Shown: positions 9,450-18,395, counted from the stretch's first letter. The stretch is 64,000 nucleotides of DNA from Nocardioides sp. (GCF_025964975.1 NZ_JAOPXV010000206.1:8020-72019); one strand, 5' to 3'. Notes: generated by a model not told the origin, from the letters alone. Numbers and translations: made by a program.

Positions 9450-10460
9450 TCAGGCGTAGAAGTCGGGCTTCGGGGCGTACGCGACCTCGACCCGGCGTCC
9501 GCTGAGGAGGGCCTCGGTCCCGGCTGCGCAGGCGGCTGCCACCAGATAGCCATCCCAAGCGGACGGGCCGTCTATGCCACCATTCCTGGCCGCGTTGACC
9601 CACCGCTGCAGCTCAGTCTCGAAGGCCGCCGCGAACCGGGTCTTGAACGACGTGTGCTCGGCTCCCGAGTAGCGACCCTCGTGCCAGATCGTGGTGCCGG
9701 ACGTGCGGCCGATCTCGGCGATGCCGTTCTCGAAGACCGCTTCGGTCTTCACCTGGTAGCCGAACTTCACGGCGACGTTCATCTCGACGTCAGCGATGAC
9801 GCCGTTCTCGGTCTCGAGGAACGCCAGGATCGGTTCGTCGAGATCCTTGTGGTCGTTGGTACTGCGCTTCAGGTGCTTGACATCGACGGCCACGATGGGG
9901 GAGTCGGTCAGGAAACGTACGACGTCGATCTCGTGCACCACGCTGTCGTTGATGAGCATGTCCGTGGTGTAGCTCTCCGGCACGTCCGGGTTGCGGTGCA
10001 CGCAGCGCAGGGCCAACAGGTCTCCGTACGGCTGGTCGCGGATGATGTCGCGCAGCTCCATGTACTGGGCGTCGAAGCGACGCATGAATCCGACCTGGAT
10101 CAACCTACGACCCCCGGCGACCTCGGCGTCGACCACCTTCAGAGCCGACTCAGGGTCGGGGGTGAGGGGCTTTTCACACAACGTGGGCAACCCGGCTTCG
10201 ACTACCGCCAACAGGTCGTCGAGGTGGAACTTCCCCGGCGTGGCGATGAGGACCGCGTCCATCGCCCCCGCGGAGACGGCTGCGTCCAGGGACGCGAACA
10301 CGGTGCTGCCGGGTGCTTCGGCCGAGGCGGCCTCCGCCTTGGGGATGTCGGGGTCGATCACCGCAGCCACGGCGGCGCCCGCCACACGGTCACGGATGCG
10401 GATGATGTGGTCGGCGCCCATGAGTCCGGCGCCGACGACGCCGATGCGCAGGTCAGACAT
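9450..10460 (-). CDS. iolG: myo-inositol 2-dehydrogenase (Gfo/Idh/MocA)
   Basis: ORF trimmed to MSDLRIGVVGAGLMGADH. Carries CEKPL and the GFMRRFD motif typical of IolG. Confidence 0.8.
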   Translation of the reverse strand: MSDLRIGVVGAGLMGADHIIRIRDRVAGAAVAAVIDPDIPKAEAASAEAPGSTVFASLDAAVSAGAMDAVLIATPGKFHLDDLLAVVEAGLPTLCEKPLTPDPESALKVVDAEVAGGRRLIQVGFMRRFDAQYMELRDIIRDQPYGDLLALRCVHRNPDVPESYTTDMLINDSVVHEIDVVRFLTDSPIVAVDVKHLKRSTNDHKDLDEPILAFLETENGVIADVEMNVAVKFGYQVKTEAVFENGIAEIGRTSGTTIWHEGRYSGAEHTSFKTRFAAAFETELQRWVNAARNGGIDGPSAWDGYLVAAACAAGTEALLSGRRVEVAYAPKPDFYA

Positions 10461-10481
10461 CGTGTTCCTCTCAGGTTGGGT

Positions 10482-10530
10482 GGCGGGAAGGCCCGCCTGG
10501 TTGTCCGCGCCGACCCGGTCTGGGGTCGGC
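10482..10530 (-). terminator. two adjacent GC hairpins just downstream of the ABC ATPase stop
   Basis: GGCGGG-AAGG-CCCGCC (10482-10497) and GCCGACCC-N6-GGGTCGGC (10509-10530), read directly in the 80-nt gap before iolG. Confidence 0.3.
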
Positions 10531-10540
10531 CCGGACACGT

Positions 10541-11353
10541 TCAGTGGATGTCGTTGGTGGTGCCGGTGAGGTCGGCGAGCTCGGCCTCGAGCTCGGCCAT
10601 CGCCTCGCCCCCAGCCATGAGGTCGGTGATCTCCTCACGGGTGCGTTCACCCTTGGCGAAGTCATCGGCCTTTCGACCGTGGATCAGCACGGCGAAGTGA
10701 TCGCCCACGCTCATGGCATGCGTGACGTTGTGAGTCACCAGAACGACGGCGATGCCGCGCTGTCTGGCCTGCATGATGATGCGCAGGACGTGCGCAGCCT
10801 CCTTCACGCCGAGGGCGGCAGTCGGCTCATCGAGGATGAGGACCTTCGCACCGAAGTACACGGCGCGAGCGATGGCCGAGACCTGGCGCTCGCCACCCGA
10901 CAGGCTTCCGACCAGACGCTCGCCGTCAGTGACGCGCGTGATGCCCATCTGCTGCATCTGCTCGACGACGACTGCGTTGGCCAGCTTCTTGTCGAACACC
11001 TTGAACGGCCCGACTCCCTTCTTGGGCTCCACGCCCACGAAAAAGGATCGGCCGAGGCTCATCAAGGGGAAGGTCCCACCGAACTGGTGCACGGTGGAGA
11101 TACCGCGCTCCGCTGCGCTGCGGGGCGTCTTCAGGGTCACCTCCTCGCCTTCCACTCGCACCGTGCCGGAGGTGGGTTGGTGGAAGCCGGACAGGACCTT
11201 GATGAGGGTCGACTTGCCGGCGCCGTTGTCGCCGAGCAGGCACAGGACCTCGCCCTGCCGGATGTTCAGCGATACGTCAGCGAGCGCCTGGTATCCAGCG
11301 AAGGTCTTGGACACATTCTCCAGACTCAGATATGGCGTGCTCTGGTCAGACAT
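10541..11353 (-). CDS. sugar ABC transporter ATP-binding protein (single NBD, 270 aa)
   Basis: Walker A GDNGAGKST, signature LSGGERQ and Walker B LILDEPT. Confidence 0.9.
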   Translation of the reverse strand: MSDQSTPYLSLENVSKTFAGYQALADVSLNIRQGEVLCLLGDNGAGKSTLIKVLSGFHQPTSGTVRVEGEEVTLKTPRSAAERGISTVHQFGGTFPLMSLGRSFFVGVEPKKGVGPFKVFDKKLANAVVVEQMQQMGITRVTDGERLVGSLSGGERQVSAIARAVYFGAKVLILDEPTAALGVKEAAHVLRIIMQARQRGIAVVLVTHNVTHAMSVGDHFAVLIHGRKADDFAKGERTREEITDLMAGGEAMAELEAELADLTGTTNDIH

Positions 11354-12413
11354 GGTCGTTCTCCTTCTCCATTGACGGCTCCAGGACAGGCTCAGGCAGC
11401 CTGGGGGGATCTGGGGTTGTCGCGGTCGTCGTGACCTTGCCCCCCGAGAGCGCCAAGTTGCGGAAGGTGTTGTTGGCCAGCACGGCGACGAGCAGCAGGA
11501 GGCCGATGATCAGCAGCGACCAGTCCGCACCCCACCCGGTCGAGTTGACGCCGCTGGTGACGATGGCGAACGTCATGGTCCCGAAGATCACGCCGAGCGG
11601 GGAGCCATAGCCGCCGGTGAGAAGCACTCCGCCGACGACAACCGCGATGATCGAGTAGAACACCTTGTCCTGCCCGGCCGACACTTGTGCGCTTCCATAG
11701 AGCGCGACCGTCGTGACGCCGAGCAGTGCGGCGCCGAAGCCGGAGCCCATGAACAAGAAGATGGTGGTGCGCTCGACGGGCACGCCAGCTGCGCGTGCTG
11801 ACGTCTCGTCCCCGCCGATGGCGAAGATCCAGTTGCCGAAGGTCGTCTTGTAGAGGATCCAGGAGATGACCAGGGCCATGATGAGGAACAGGTAGATGGC
11901 GTTCTCGTACGCGAGGTAGATGCGGCCGCCGAACGTCTTCTCGACCCAGGGGTCGACGTCGACTGCAACCTGGACGTTGTCGACGATCAGCTTTGTCACC
12001 CCGAAGATGAGCCCGCGGATGAAGAACGACATGGCCAGGGTCACGATGAACGACGACACCTTGGTCTTGGTGACGATCAACCCGTTGAGGAAGCCGAAGA
12101 ACGTACCGACTGCCAGGCCCGCCGGTAGCCCGATCACGTCAGGGAGGCCGTAATGGCCGCACAGGAGCGCGTACGTGATCGCAGCGGCGGCGATGTTCGA
12201 GCCCACCGAGAGATCGAGATGACCGGAGATCATCACGAGTGCGATGGGAAGCGCGACGATGCCGAGCTCGGCGGCGACGTTCACCCAGCCGGCGGTCACC
12301 AGGACCGTCGGGAACGTCGGCCACCCGAAGTAGAGGAAGAAGAGGTAGACGGCGAGCGTGCCGACGAACGCGGCGAACTCAGCTCGCCGGGTCAATGCCT
12401 TGAAGTCGAACAT
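11346..12413 (-). CDS. sugar ABC transporter permease (ribose/xylose-type)
   Basis: ORF 11346..12965 trimmed to MFDFKALTRRAEFAAFVG (ATG 12411-12413). Multi-TM protein. The 8-nt 3' end overlaps the ATPase start. Confidence 0.85.
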   Translation of the reverse strand: MFDFKALTRRAEFAAFVGTLAVYLFFLYFGWPTFPTVLVTAGWVNVAAELGIVALPIALVMISGHLDLSVGSNIAAAAITYALLCGHYGLPDVIGLPAGLAVGTFFGFLNGLIVTKTKVSSFIVTLAMSFFIRGLIFGVTKLIVDNVQVAVDVDPWVEKTFGGRIYLAYENAIYLFLIMALVISWILYKTTFGNWIFAIGGDETSARAAGVPVERTTIFLFMGSGFGAALLGVTTVALYGSAQVSAGQDKVFYSIIAVVVGGVLLTGGYGSPLGVIFGTMTFAIVTSGVNSTGWGADWSLLIIGLLLLVAVLANNTFRNLALSGGKVTTTATTPDPPRLPEPVLEPSMEKENDHV

Positions 12414-12455
12414 GTTGTGTGTCTCCTTTACGCAGTCTCGTGCGTTGTGGCAGGA

Positions 12456-12492
12456 ACGGGGTGGACCACTCGGTCTCGGTGGCCCACCCCGT
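12456..12492 (-). other. stable stem-loop after the substrate-binding-protein gene (mRNA stabiliser or partial terminator)
   Basis: ACGGGGTGG ... CCACCCCGT, a 9-bp perfect stem with an inner CCAC/GTGG pairing, 26 nt downstream of the SBP stop. Confidence 0.35.
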
Positions 12493-12517
12493 CGGCCGCC
12501 GCGCTGGAGCGCTGCGG

Positions 12518-13591
12518 TCAGCGGTAACCGTCCGCGACGCCGGCCAACACGCTCTCCGCGTTGTCCTTGGTGATGAGTGCCGGCCCGGTGAGCACGGCGC
12601 CCGTGGCGGGCAGGATGGAGTACTGGTCGTACATCCAGGCCTGAGACACAGCAAGCCAACCCTGGTACCAGCCCTGCTGGTCGACGGCGAACAGTGCCTC
12701 GCCGTCCTTGATGCGGTTGATGATGTTCTCCGACACGTCCCAGCCGCCCTGCTGCGCTTCGCCGCCAGTAGCCTTGAGGGCCGCATTGACGGCGTCGGCG
12801 TCGGCGGCGGAGCCGGTCGCGAACCCGTCGATGCTCGGGTCCTTCGCAAGCTCGGCCTGGACCGCGGCAGTGATGGCTGCTGCGTCGCCGAAGCTCTCCG
12901 GCGGAAGCTTGATCTCCTCGGCATCGGCGCCCTGACCGGTGGCTCCCTCGATCAGCCCACCGCAACGCTGCTGCCAGTTGACCGCACCCGGCTGCGTGTT
13001 GATGCAGCGGATGTTCTCGGAGCCGTTCTCGGCGAAGTACTCACCGGCGGCGACGCCCGCCTGGAACTCGTCGGTGCCGTAGTAGCCGAGAGCCTCGATG
13101 GTGCCGTCCTCCATAAGCGGCAGGCCGGCGTTGTACATGAACACCTTGACGCCTCCGTCGATGGCGCTCTGGAGCGCAGGCCCCTCAGCGTCGCCGTCCC
13201 AGACAGGCACGGCAAGGGAAGTGCAGTCCTGGGCGACGGCCTGCTCGATGAGCTTGACCATGTCGGGACCGATGTTGTTGTAGTTCGGAAGCGGGATCCA
13301 GGTGTACTCGTTGCCGGCCTCCTGGGCAGCCTTGCCTGCCGCGTCGGCGCCGTTCTTGACGACCGCGAAGAACGCGTCGGCGCCACCGATGGCGCAGATG
13401 TGCCGGGAGCCGGCTTCTCCAGCGCTACCGACAGCAGCTGAACCGGACCCAGACGTTTCTGCAGTGTCAGAGGCGTCTCCGCCCGAGCAACCGGCGAGCA
13501 CGAGCACGGAGCACGTGACAGCAGCTGAAACCTTCGTCAGGTGGGCGAAGGGCGACCTACGACCTCCCTCCACGATGTTGAGCAACTTCAT
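12518..13591 (-). CDS. sugar (inositol-type) ABC transporter substrate-binding lipoprotein
   Basis: Lipobox VLVLAGCSGG and a type I periplasmic-binding-fold pattern. First transporter gene of the set. Confidence 0.85.
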   Translation of the reverse strand: MKLLNIVEGGRRSPFAHLTKVSAAVTCSVLVLAGCSGGDASDTAETSGSGSAAVGSAGEAGSRHICAIGGADAFFAVVKNGADAAGKAAQEAGNEYTWIPLPNYNNIGPDMVKLIEQAVAQDCTSLAVPVWDGDAEGPALQSAIDGGVKVFMYNAGLPLMEDGTIEALGYYGTDEFQAGVAAGEYFAENGSENIRCINTQPGAVNWQQRCGGLIEGATGQGADAEEIKLPPESFGDAAAITAAVQAELAKDPSIDGFATGSAADADAVNAALKATGGEAQQGGWDVSENIINRIKDGEALFAVDQQGWYQGWLAVSQAWMYDQYSILPATGAVLTGPALITKDNAESVLAGVADGYR

Positions 13592-13685
13592 GGGTGTTCC
13601 TTTCTTTCCTGGTTCCCTGTTCCATGGCGGAACTTGGTCTCGTGTCCTGGAACGGTCGGCGACCGGCTGGCACGAAGTCCTGTGA

Positions 13686-14687
13686 CTAGCGAAGGCCAGC
13701 CTTGGCGGCGGCGTCGAGCAGGACGCTGCTGGCGTACTCCAGTCCCTCTATAGGGCCGAAGGAGGTGTCCTCGTGCTCGATGTTGACGATCATGTCGGGG
13801 TCGACTCGGTGCAGGGCGGCGAGGAATCGTCCCCAGTAGTCCGCGTCATGCCCCTTCCCGACAGCCACGAAGTCCCAGGCGGACGGGTTGGGCCACTCGT
13901 TGGCCCACTCGTCGCCACCGAGATTCACGCGGTGCTCGGTGGCGTCCAGGCGACGGAAGCTGTTGTCTAGGACGCCGTTGATCGTGGCGTGCTGGTTGAC
14001 GCGGACGTCCTTGGCCGCGGCGTGCACGACCACGTCACCCAGGTGCTCCACCACCGCGATGGGATCCATCTGCTGCCAGAACAGGTGGGACGCGTCAAGC
14101 TCGACGCCGATGTTCGTCGCGCCGATTCGCTCGCGCAGCTCCAAGATCGAAGCCGAGTTGAAGACGAGGTTTTGCGGGTGCAGCTCGAGGGCGACCTTGA
14201 CGTCCAGCTCTCGGGCCAACACGTCGATCTCGGACCAGAATGCGGCGGCCACGTCCCACTGATAGTCCAGGACCTCAAGTGAACCCGAGTTCCACGCGTT
14301 GACGATCCAGTTGGGGCGTTGGGCCCCAGGCTCGCCGCCGGGCAGTCCCGACATCGTAACCACGCGATGCTGGCCAAGTCGGTGCGCGAGACGAAGCGAG
14401 CGCACGACGTCGGCTGCGTGGGCGTCTCCGATGATCGGGTTGGGATGAAGCGGGTTGCCGTTGCAGTTCAAGCCGAGGATCTCGAGGCCGACGGCCTCGA
14501 AGACACCAAGGAAGTCATCCCGCGCCGAGTCGTTCTTGAGGATCTCGTCGATGTTCTCCACGTGCACGGGGGGCAGGAAGCCGCCGGTGTTCACCTCGAG
14601 CCCGTCAAGACCGAGACCCTTGATCACCTTGAGCGCCTCGTCGAGCGAGCGGTCATGGAGGATCGCGCTGTACACGCCAAGCTTCAT
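13686..14687 (-). CDS. sugar phosphate isomerase/epimerase (xylose-isomerase-like TIM barrel)
   Basis: 333-aa ORF MKLGVYSAILHDRSLDEALK...LELHPQN...NIEHED. First gene of the minus-strand iol transcription unit. Confidence 0.8.
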   Translation of the reverse strand: MKLGVYSAILHDRSLDEALKVIKGLGLDGLEVNTGGFLPPVHVENIDEILKNDSARDDFLGVFEAVGLEILGLNCNGNPLHPNPIIGDAHAADVVRSLRLAHRLGQHRVVTMSGLPGGEPGAQRPNWIVNAWNSGSLEVLDYQWDVAAAFWSEIDVLARELDVKVALELHPQNLVFNSASILELRERIGATNIGVELDASHLFWQQMDPIAVVEHLGDVVVHAAAKDVRVNQHATINGVLDNSFRRLDATEHRVNLGGDEWANEWPNPSAWDFVAVGKGHDADYWGRFLAALHRVDPDMIVNIEHEDTSFGPIEGLEYASSVLLDAAAKAGLR

Positions 14688-14949
14688 CAGGTCTCCGTCG
14701 TCTCGTGAGGGGCGATGCCGACCCGGTGCTGCTGTCGGCGTAACGCCGGTGCGGTGTGTCGGCTGTCACATTGAAAGCGCGTGATGGCCCTCACGTCAAG
14801 ACTTTGTTCTAACATTCGGACGAAATCTGTGACGTGGCGCACGGTGCGACCCGGCACTTCGGCACTCCTGATGCGTACTGGCCCTTGCCCAATTGGGGGG
14901 TCGTCCGCCATGCTGATATGGAGATGTACTAACAAATGCGGGGAGTGGG

Positions 14950-15708
14950 ATGGGTCTATCGGCCGAGGATTGGCTCCTGCTCGCCTTGGGGGCGGCACTT
15001 GTCGGCGTCGCGAAGACCGCTGTGAGTGGCGCCGGCGCGCTGGCCGTCGTGCTGTTCGCGGTTGCCCTTCCCGTACGTGATTCGACGGGGGCCCTGTTGC
15101 CGCTGCTCCTGGCTGGGGACGTGCTGGCACTCGCCATCTATCGCCGTCACGCGGACTGGGCATTGCTCCTGCGGGTGCTTCCGGGCGTTGTCCCGGGACT
15201 GCTGCTGGGAGCGTGGTTCCTGGGCTCTGCCGGGGACCGCCAGGTGCAGGTCGCCATCGGCGTGCTGCTTCTAGCCCTCCTCGGTTGCCAGCTGGTCGCG
15301 GGGCCACGGCTGCAAACGACGGTAGGGAGTCAAGGCACTGATGGTCTCGCCCGGCGAGGCATGGCCGTGCTGGCGGGAGTCGGCGCGGGGTTCGCCACGA
15401 TGACGGCCAACGCCGCGGGGCCGCTGATGACTAGCTACCTGCTCCTGCTGTCCACCCCCACACTGAGCTTCTTGGGGACCCTCAGCTGGTTCTTCTTCTC
15501 GGTCAACCTGGCCAAGGTGCCGTTCAGCACGGGACTGGGCCTCCTCTCCCAGGACGCCCTTCTCATGGATCTGGCACTCCTCCCGGCTCTTGCGCTCGGT
15601 GCCTGGGCAGGAGTCATTGCCATCCGACGGGTGGACCGCGGCACGTTCGAGCGCGTGGCACTTGCCTCTGGCTTGGTGTCTGCCTGCTTGCTGGTGCTGA
15701 CGGCATGA
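14950..15708 (+). CDS. sulfite exporter TauE/SafE family membrane protein
   Basis: 252 aa, multi-TM, with the pattern GVAKTAVSGAGALAV typical of TauE/SafE. GGGGAG sits before the ATG. Confidence 0.8.
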   Translation: MGLSAEDWLLLALGAALVGVAKTAVSGAGALAVVLFAVALPVRDSTGALLPLLLAGDVLALAIYRRHADWALLLRVLPGVVPGLLLGAWFLGSAGDRQVQVAIGVLLLALLGCQLVAGPRLQTTVGSQGTDGLARRGMAVLAGVGAGFATMTANAAGPLMTSYLLLLSTPTLSFLGTLSWFFFSVNLAKVPFSTGLGLLSQDALLMDLALLPALALGAWAGVIAIRRVDRGTFERVALASGLVSACLLVLTA

Positions 15709-16529
15709 CCACAAGACCTAGCGCGCGCGCCCGCGTCGGACACTGGGATACTGACGCGGTGAGCCACACCCCCGACGGCACCGTGAGCGAAATCGCGGTG
15801 CCGGGGATCGTGGTTGACCGGCGCAGCCCTGTGCCGCTCCACTCGCAGTTGGCCCAGCACCTCGAGAAGGCCATCACCTCGGGCCAGATCCCTCCGGGAG
15901 CGTTGTTCACCAACGAGATCGAGCTAGGCGAGCAGCTTGGCGTGTCCCGTCCGACGATGCGTCGCGCCATGCAGCACCTGGTCGACAAGGGCCTGGTTGT
16001 CCGCAAGCGAGGAGTCGGCACCCGCGTCGTCCAGCCGAAGGTGAAGCGCCCCCTCGAGCTCACCAGCCTGTACGACGATCTGGCGGCCGGGGGACAAGAG
16101 CCGAGAACGCATGTGCTGGCACTGGAAGAGGTCGACGCCGATGAGGAGCTGGCCGGCCTGTTCGGTATCGAGATCGGCGAGCCCTTGGTTCGAGCGGTGC
16201 GGCTGCGCAGCGCGGCCGGCCGCCCGATCGCGAAGATGACGAACTACCTGCCGCCGGCCGTCGCTGACTTCACAGCCGAGATGCTCGAGCAGGAGGGCTT
16301 GTACGCGTTGTTGCGTGCGCGCGGTGTACAGATGCACATGGCCACGCAAGTTCTCGGTGCTCGTCAGGCGACCGCGAGCGAGTCCCGACTGCTGGACGAG
16401 GTGAAGGGCGCCGCCCTGCTCACCATGCAGCGCACCACGTGGGACGATCACGGCGCCATGGTCGAGTACGGCACGCACGTCTACGCCGCGAGTCGCTACA
16501 GCTTCGAAACTCATCTCCTGGCCCCATGA
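15705..16529 (+). CDS. GntR/HutC-family transcriptional regulator (wHTH + UTRA), probable iol regulator
   Basis: ELGEQLGVSRPTMRRAMQHLVDKGLVVRKRGVGTRV plus a UTRA-like C-terminus. ATGA overlap with the tauE stop. Confidence 0.85.
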   Translation: MTTRPSARARVGHWDTDAVSHTPDGTVSEIAVPGIVVDRRSPVPLHSQLAQHLEKAITSGQIPPGALFTNEIELGEQLGVSRPTMRRAMQHLVDKGLVVRKRGVGTRVVQPKVKRPLELTSLYDDLAAGGQEPRTHVLALEEVDADEELAGLFGIEIGEPLVRAVRLRSAAGRPIAKMTNYLPPAVADFTAEMLEQEGLYALLRARGVQMHMATQVLGARQATASESRLLDEVKGAALLTMQRTTWDDHGAMVEYGTHVYAASRYSFETHLLAP

Positions 16530-16618
16530 TCTGGAGTCGGGCTACTACGGGAGCTGCTGACGTTCGGTTTCAATAGGTCTTGGGCCACGGCCTCCAATCT
16601 GGCGGACCGCTCGGCTGA

Positions 16619-17060
16619 AAGAGGCCGCTGACGGGCGTTCGAGCGCGGCGCGACGAGGGCGCCCCGATCATGAGCTTGCTGCCCGTCCTCATGGTCGGCA
16701 TCCTGTTCGGCCTCGCGATGGCCTACCAGTTCTTCCTCGTTACGCGCATGCACGAGGAACACACCCACGGCGCAGACAACGACACGGCGATCGCAGTGGG
16801 CTTCCAGCACGGCGCCCGCGTAGTGACCGCAGCAGCGCTCATCAGGTTCAGCATCTTTGCCGCTTTCTCGTTTCGCCGACAACCCGATCCTCAAGTTGAT
16901 CGGGTTCGCACTCTCGGCCGGCATCCTTGCGGACGCCTTCTCGGTCCGCATGACACTGGTCCCTGCCCTGATGAGCCTCGTCGGGGATGGAATCTGGTGG
17001 TTGCCCGAACGTCTTCAGCGGCTGTTGCCCAACATTGACGTCGAGGCGGCCACACTGAGC
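16619..17060 (+). pseudogene. 3' fragment of an MMPL (MmpL/RND-like) transporter gene with an internal frameshift
   Basis: ...PIMSLLPVLMVGILFGLAMAYQFFLVTRMHEE...VVTAAALI matches the MMPL C-terminal region. It continues in another frame as FADNPILKLIGFALSAGILADAFSVRMTLVPALMSLVGDGIWWLPERLQRLLPNIDVE. An extra T near 16870 causes the shift. The N-terminal ~800 aa are absent. Confidence 0.7.
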
Positions 17061-17266
17061 CGCGACTCGGTCAGGACTCCCGAACGTTCCGACGCGCTCG
17101 TCCGAACGACACTTCCGCATGCGCTGCCGCTTCCATCGACCCTGGTCGCGGTTCGAGGTCGCTGGATGACACGCGTTTGTCACGATCGTCGGGTGCCGGC
17201 GCGCAACAGTCTTGTCCGTCCTGGGCGGGCAGGCGCAATACGTCGGTGGCTTCCGACGCCCGGGGC

Positions 17267-17443
17267 CGCGTCGAGGTCCCGAAGAACGCGTCGTCTTCTT
17301 GCGCGGAATACATGGACTGGTTCAACCACCGCCGACTCCACGGAGAGATCGGACTCGTCCCACCCGTCGAGTTCGAGGAACAGCACTACCGCCACAACCC
17401 CGTGGCGACCACCGTCGCCGCGTCAGTTCAGAGCCTCTACTGA
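17267..17443 (+). mobile_element. IS3-family transposase C-terminal stub (about 58 codons)
   Basis: ...AEYMDWFNHRRLHGEIGLVPPVEFEEQHY... is the conserved tail of rve/IS3 OrfB. No catalytic core, no OrfA and no inverted repeats were seen. Confidence 0.6.
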
Positions 17444-17466
17444 ACCCGGCACGCGACAACGTGGCG

Positions 17467-17888
17467 TCAGTCCTCGGTCGCCGGGCGGGCTGCCGCTCGT
17501 TCTTCGTCGTCCTGTACGCGGGCCTCTGCTGCTTCCTCGCGCGACATCTTGGCGCGATCCCGGTCAACCCCCTTGAAGGAGCGCTCCAACCCGTGTCCTC
17601 TGATCGGTCCAAGGACTTTGCATGGCGCTGCCTGTCGTCCGCCGTGGTCCCGGGCGGGTAGTCGGGACGGGCGCGCAGATCGTCGTCCAGCCTGTCGAGT
17701 TCGTACTCGCGAGCGTTTGCGATGTTCTCTCGCCGTCCAGCGACTAGGTCGCGACGGTCTGCCATACCCTCGCGTTCGTCGGCCAGCCGTTCACGGCGAT
17801 CGGCGGTGCGATCGCGGGAGGCTCGCTTCTGGTCCCCGTCCGGCATATCGGCACGACACTCGATGGCCCGCGTGTCGCGAGGCGTCAC
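17467..17888 (-). pseudogene. Arg/Asp/Glu-rich repeat protein gene, probably frameshifted near 17590
   Basis: The GTG-start ORF reads DRTADRRERLADEREGMADRRDLVAGRRENIANAREYELDRLDDDL. A more protein-like C-terminus (LERSFKGVDRDRAKMSREEAAEARVQDDEERAAARPATED*) lies in another frame and ends at TGA 17467-17469. The track ORF instead runs antisense into the IS stub. Confidence 0.3.
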
Positions 17889-18395
17889 ATCGAGCCCTGT
17901 TGTGGGTCAGCAGTAGCGAGAATTTGGCGTTGCAGCCGGCCGGGACAGACGGCGGCGTCCTGAGAGGGCGCTCGCCTACCGGCCGCCCATCCGCGAGGGA
18001 GGGCTGCGTTCGATGAGGGCGCCGACCCGACAACCGCCTCTCGGCGAGTGGCCGCTCGTAGCGGCAATATGTAGAGCCCGGGGGGATGAACCGGGCCGGC
18101 GCATCCATCCCAACTGCAGACCCCGCACGGGTGTTCCACCAGCGGGTGTGGTCTGCAGCACCGCGAACCCGATGGATGGGCTGCGCGATGGACTCTACGG
18201 ACCTCGCTAGGACCGTGGCGGGCAACATGAAGGTCCGCGACGTGGCCGAGGAGGTCGTGACGTCCACCAAGGGGAGCCATCGGCCGATCGTCTGAGCACC
18301 GGTCATGCGGAGCGCGTACCAGCGCATCTGTGCGCGCTCGATCGGGTACGAGCAAGGAAGTTGAATCGTGTCCGGCCATTCAAGGAGGACATGTC

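Noticed and set aside
18180-18295. Short ORF ending MKVRDVAEEVVTSTKGSHRPIV, reminiscent of a CBS-domain N-terminus
   Set aside because: There are only about 20 suggestive residues before a stop. That is too little to call even a remnant.
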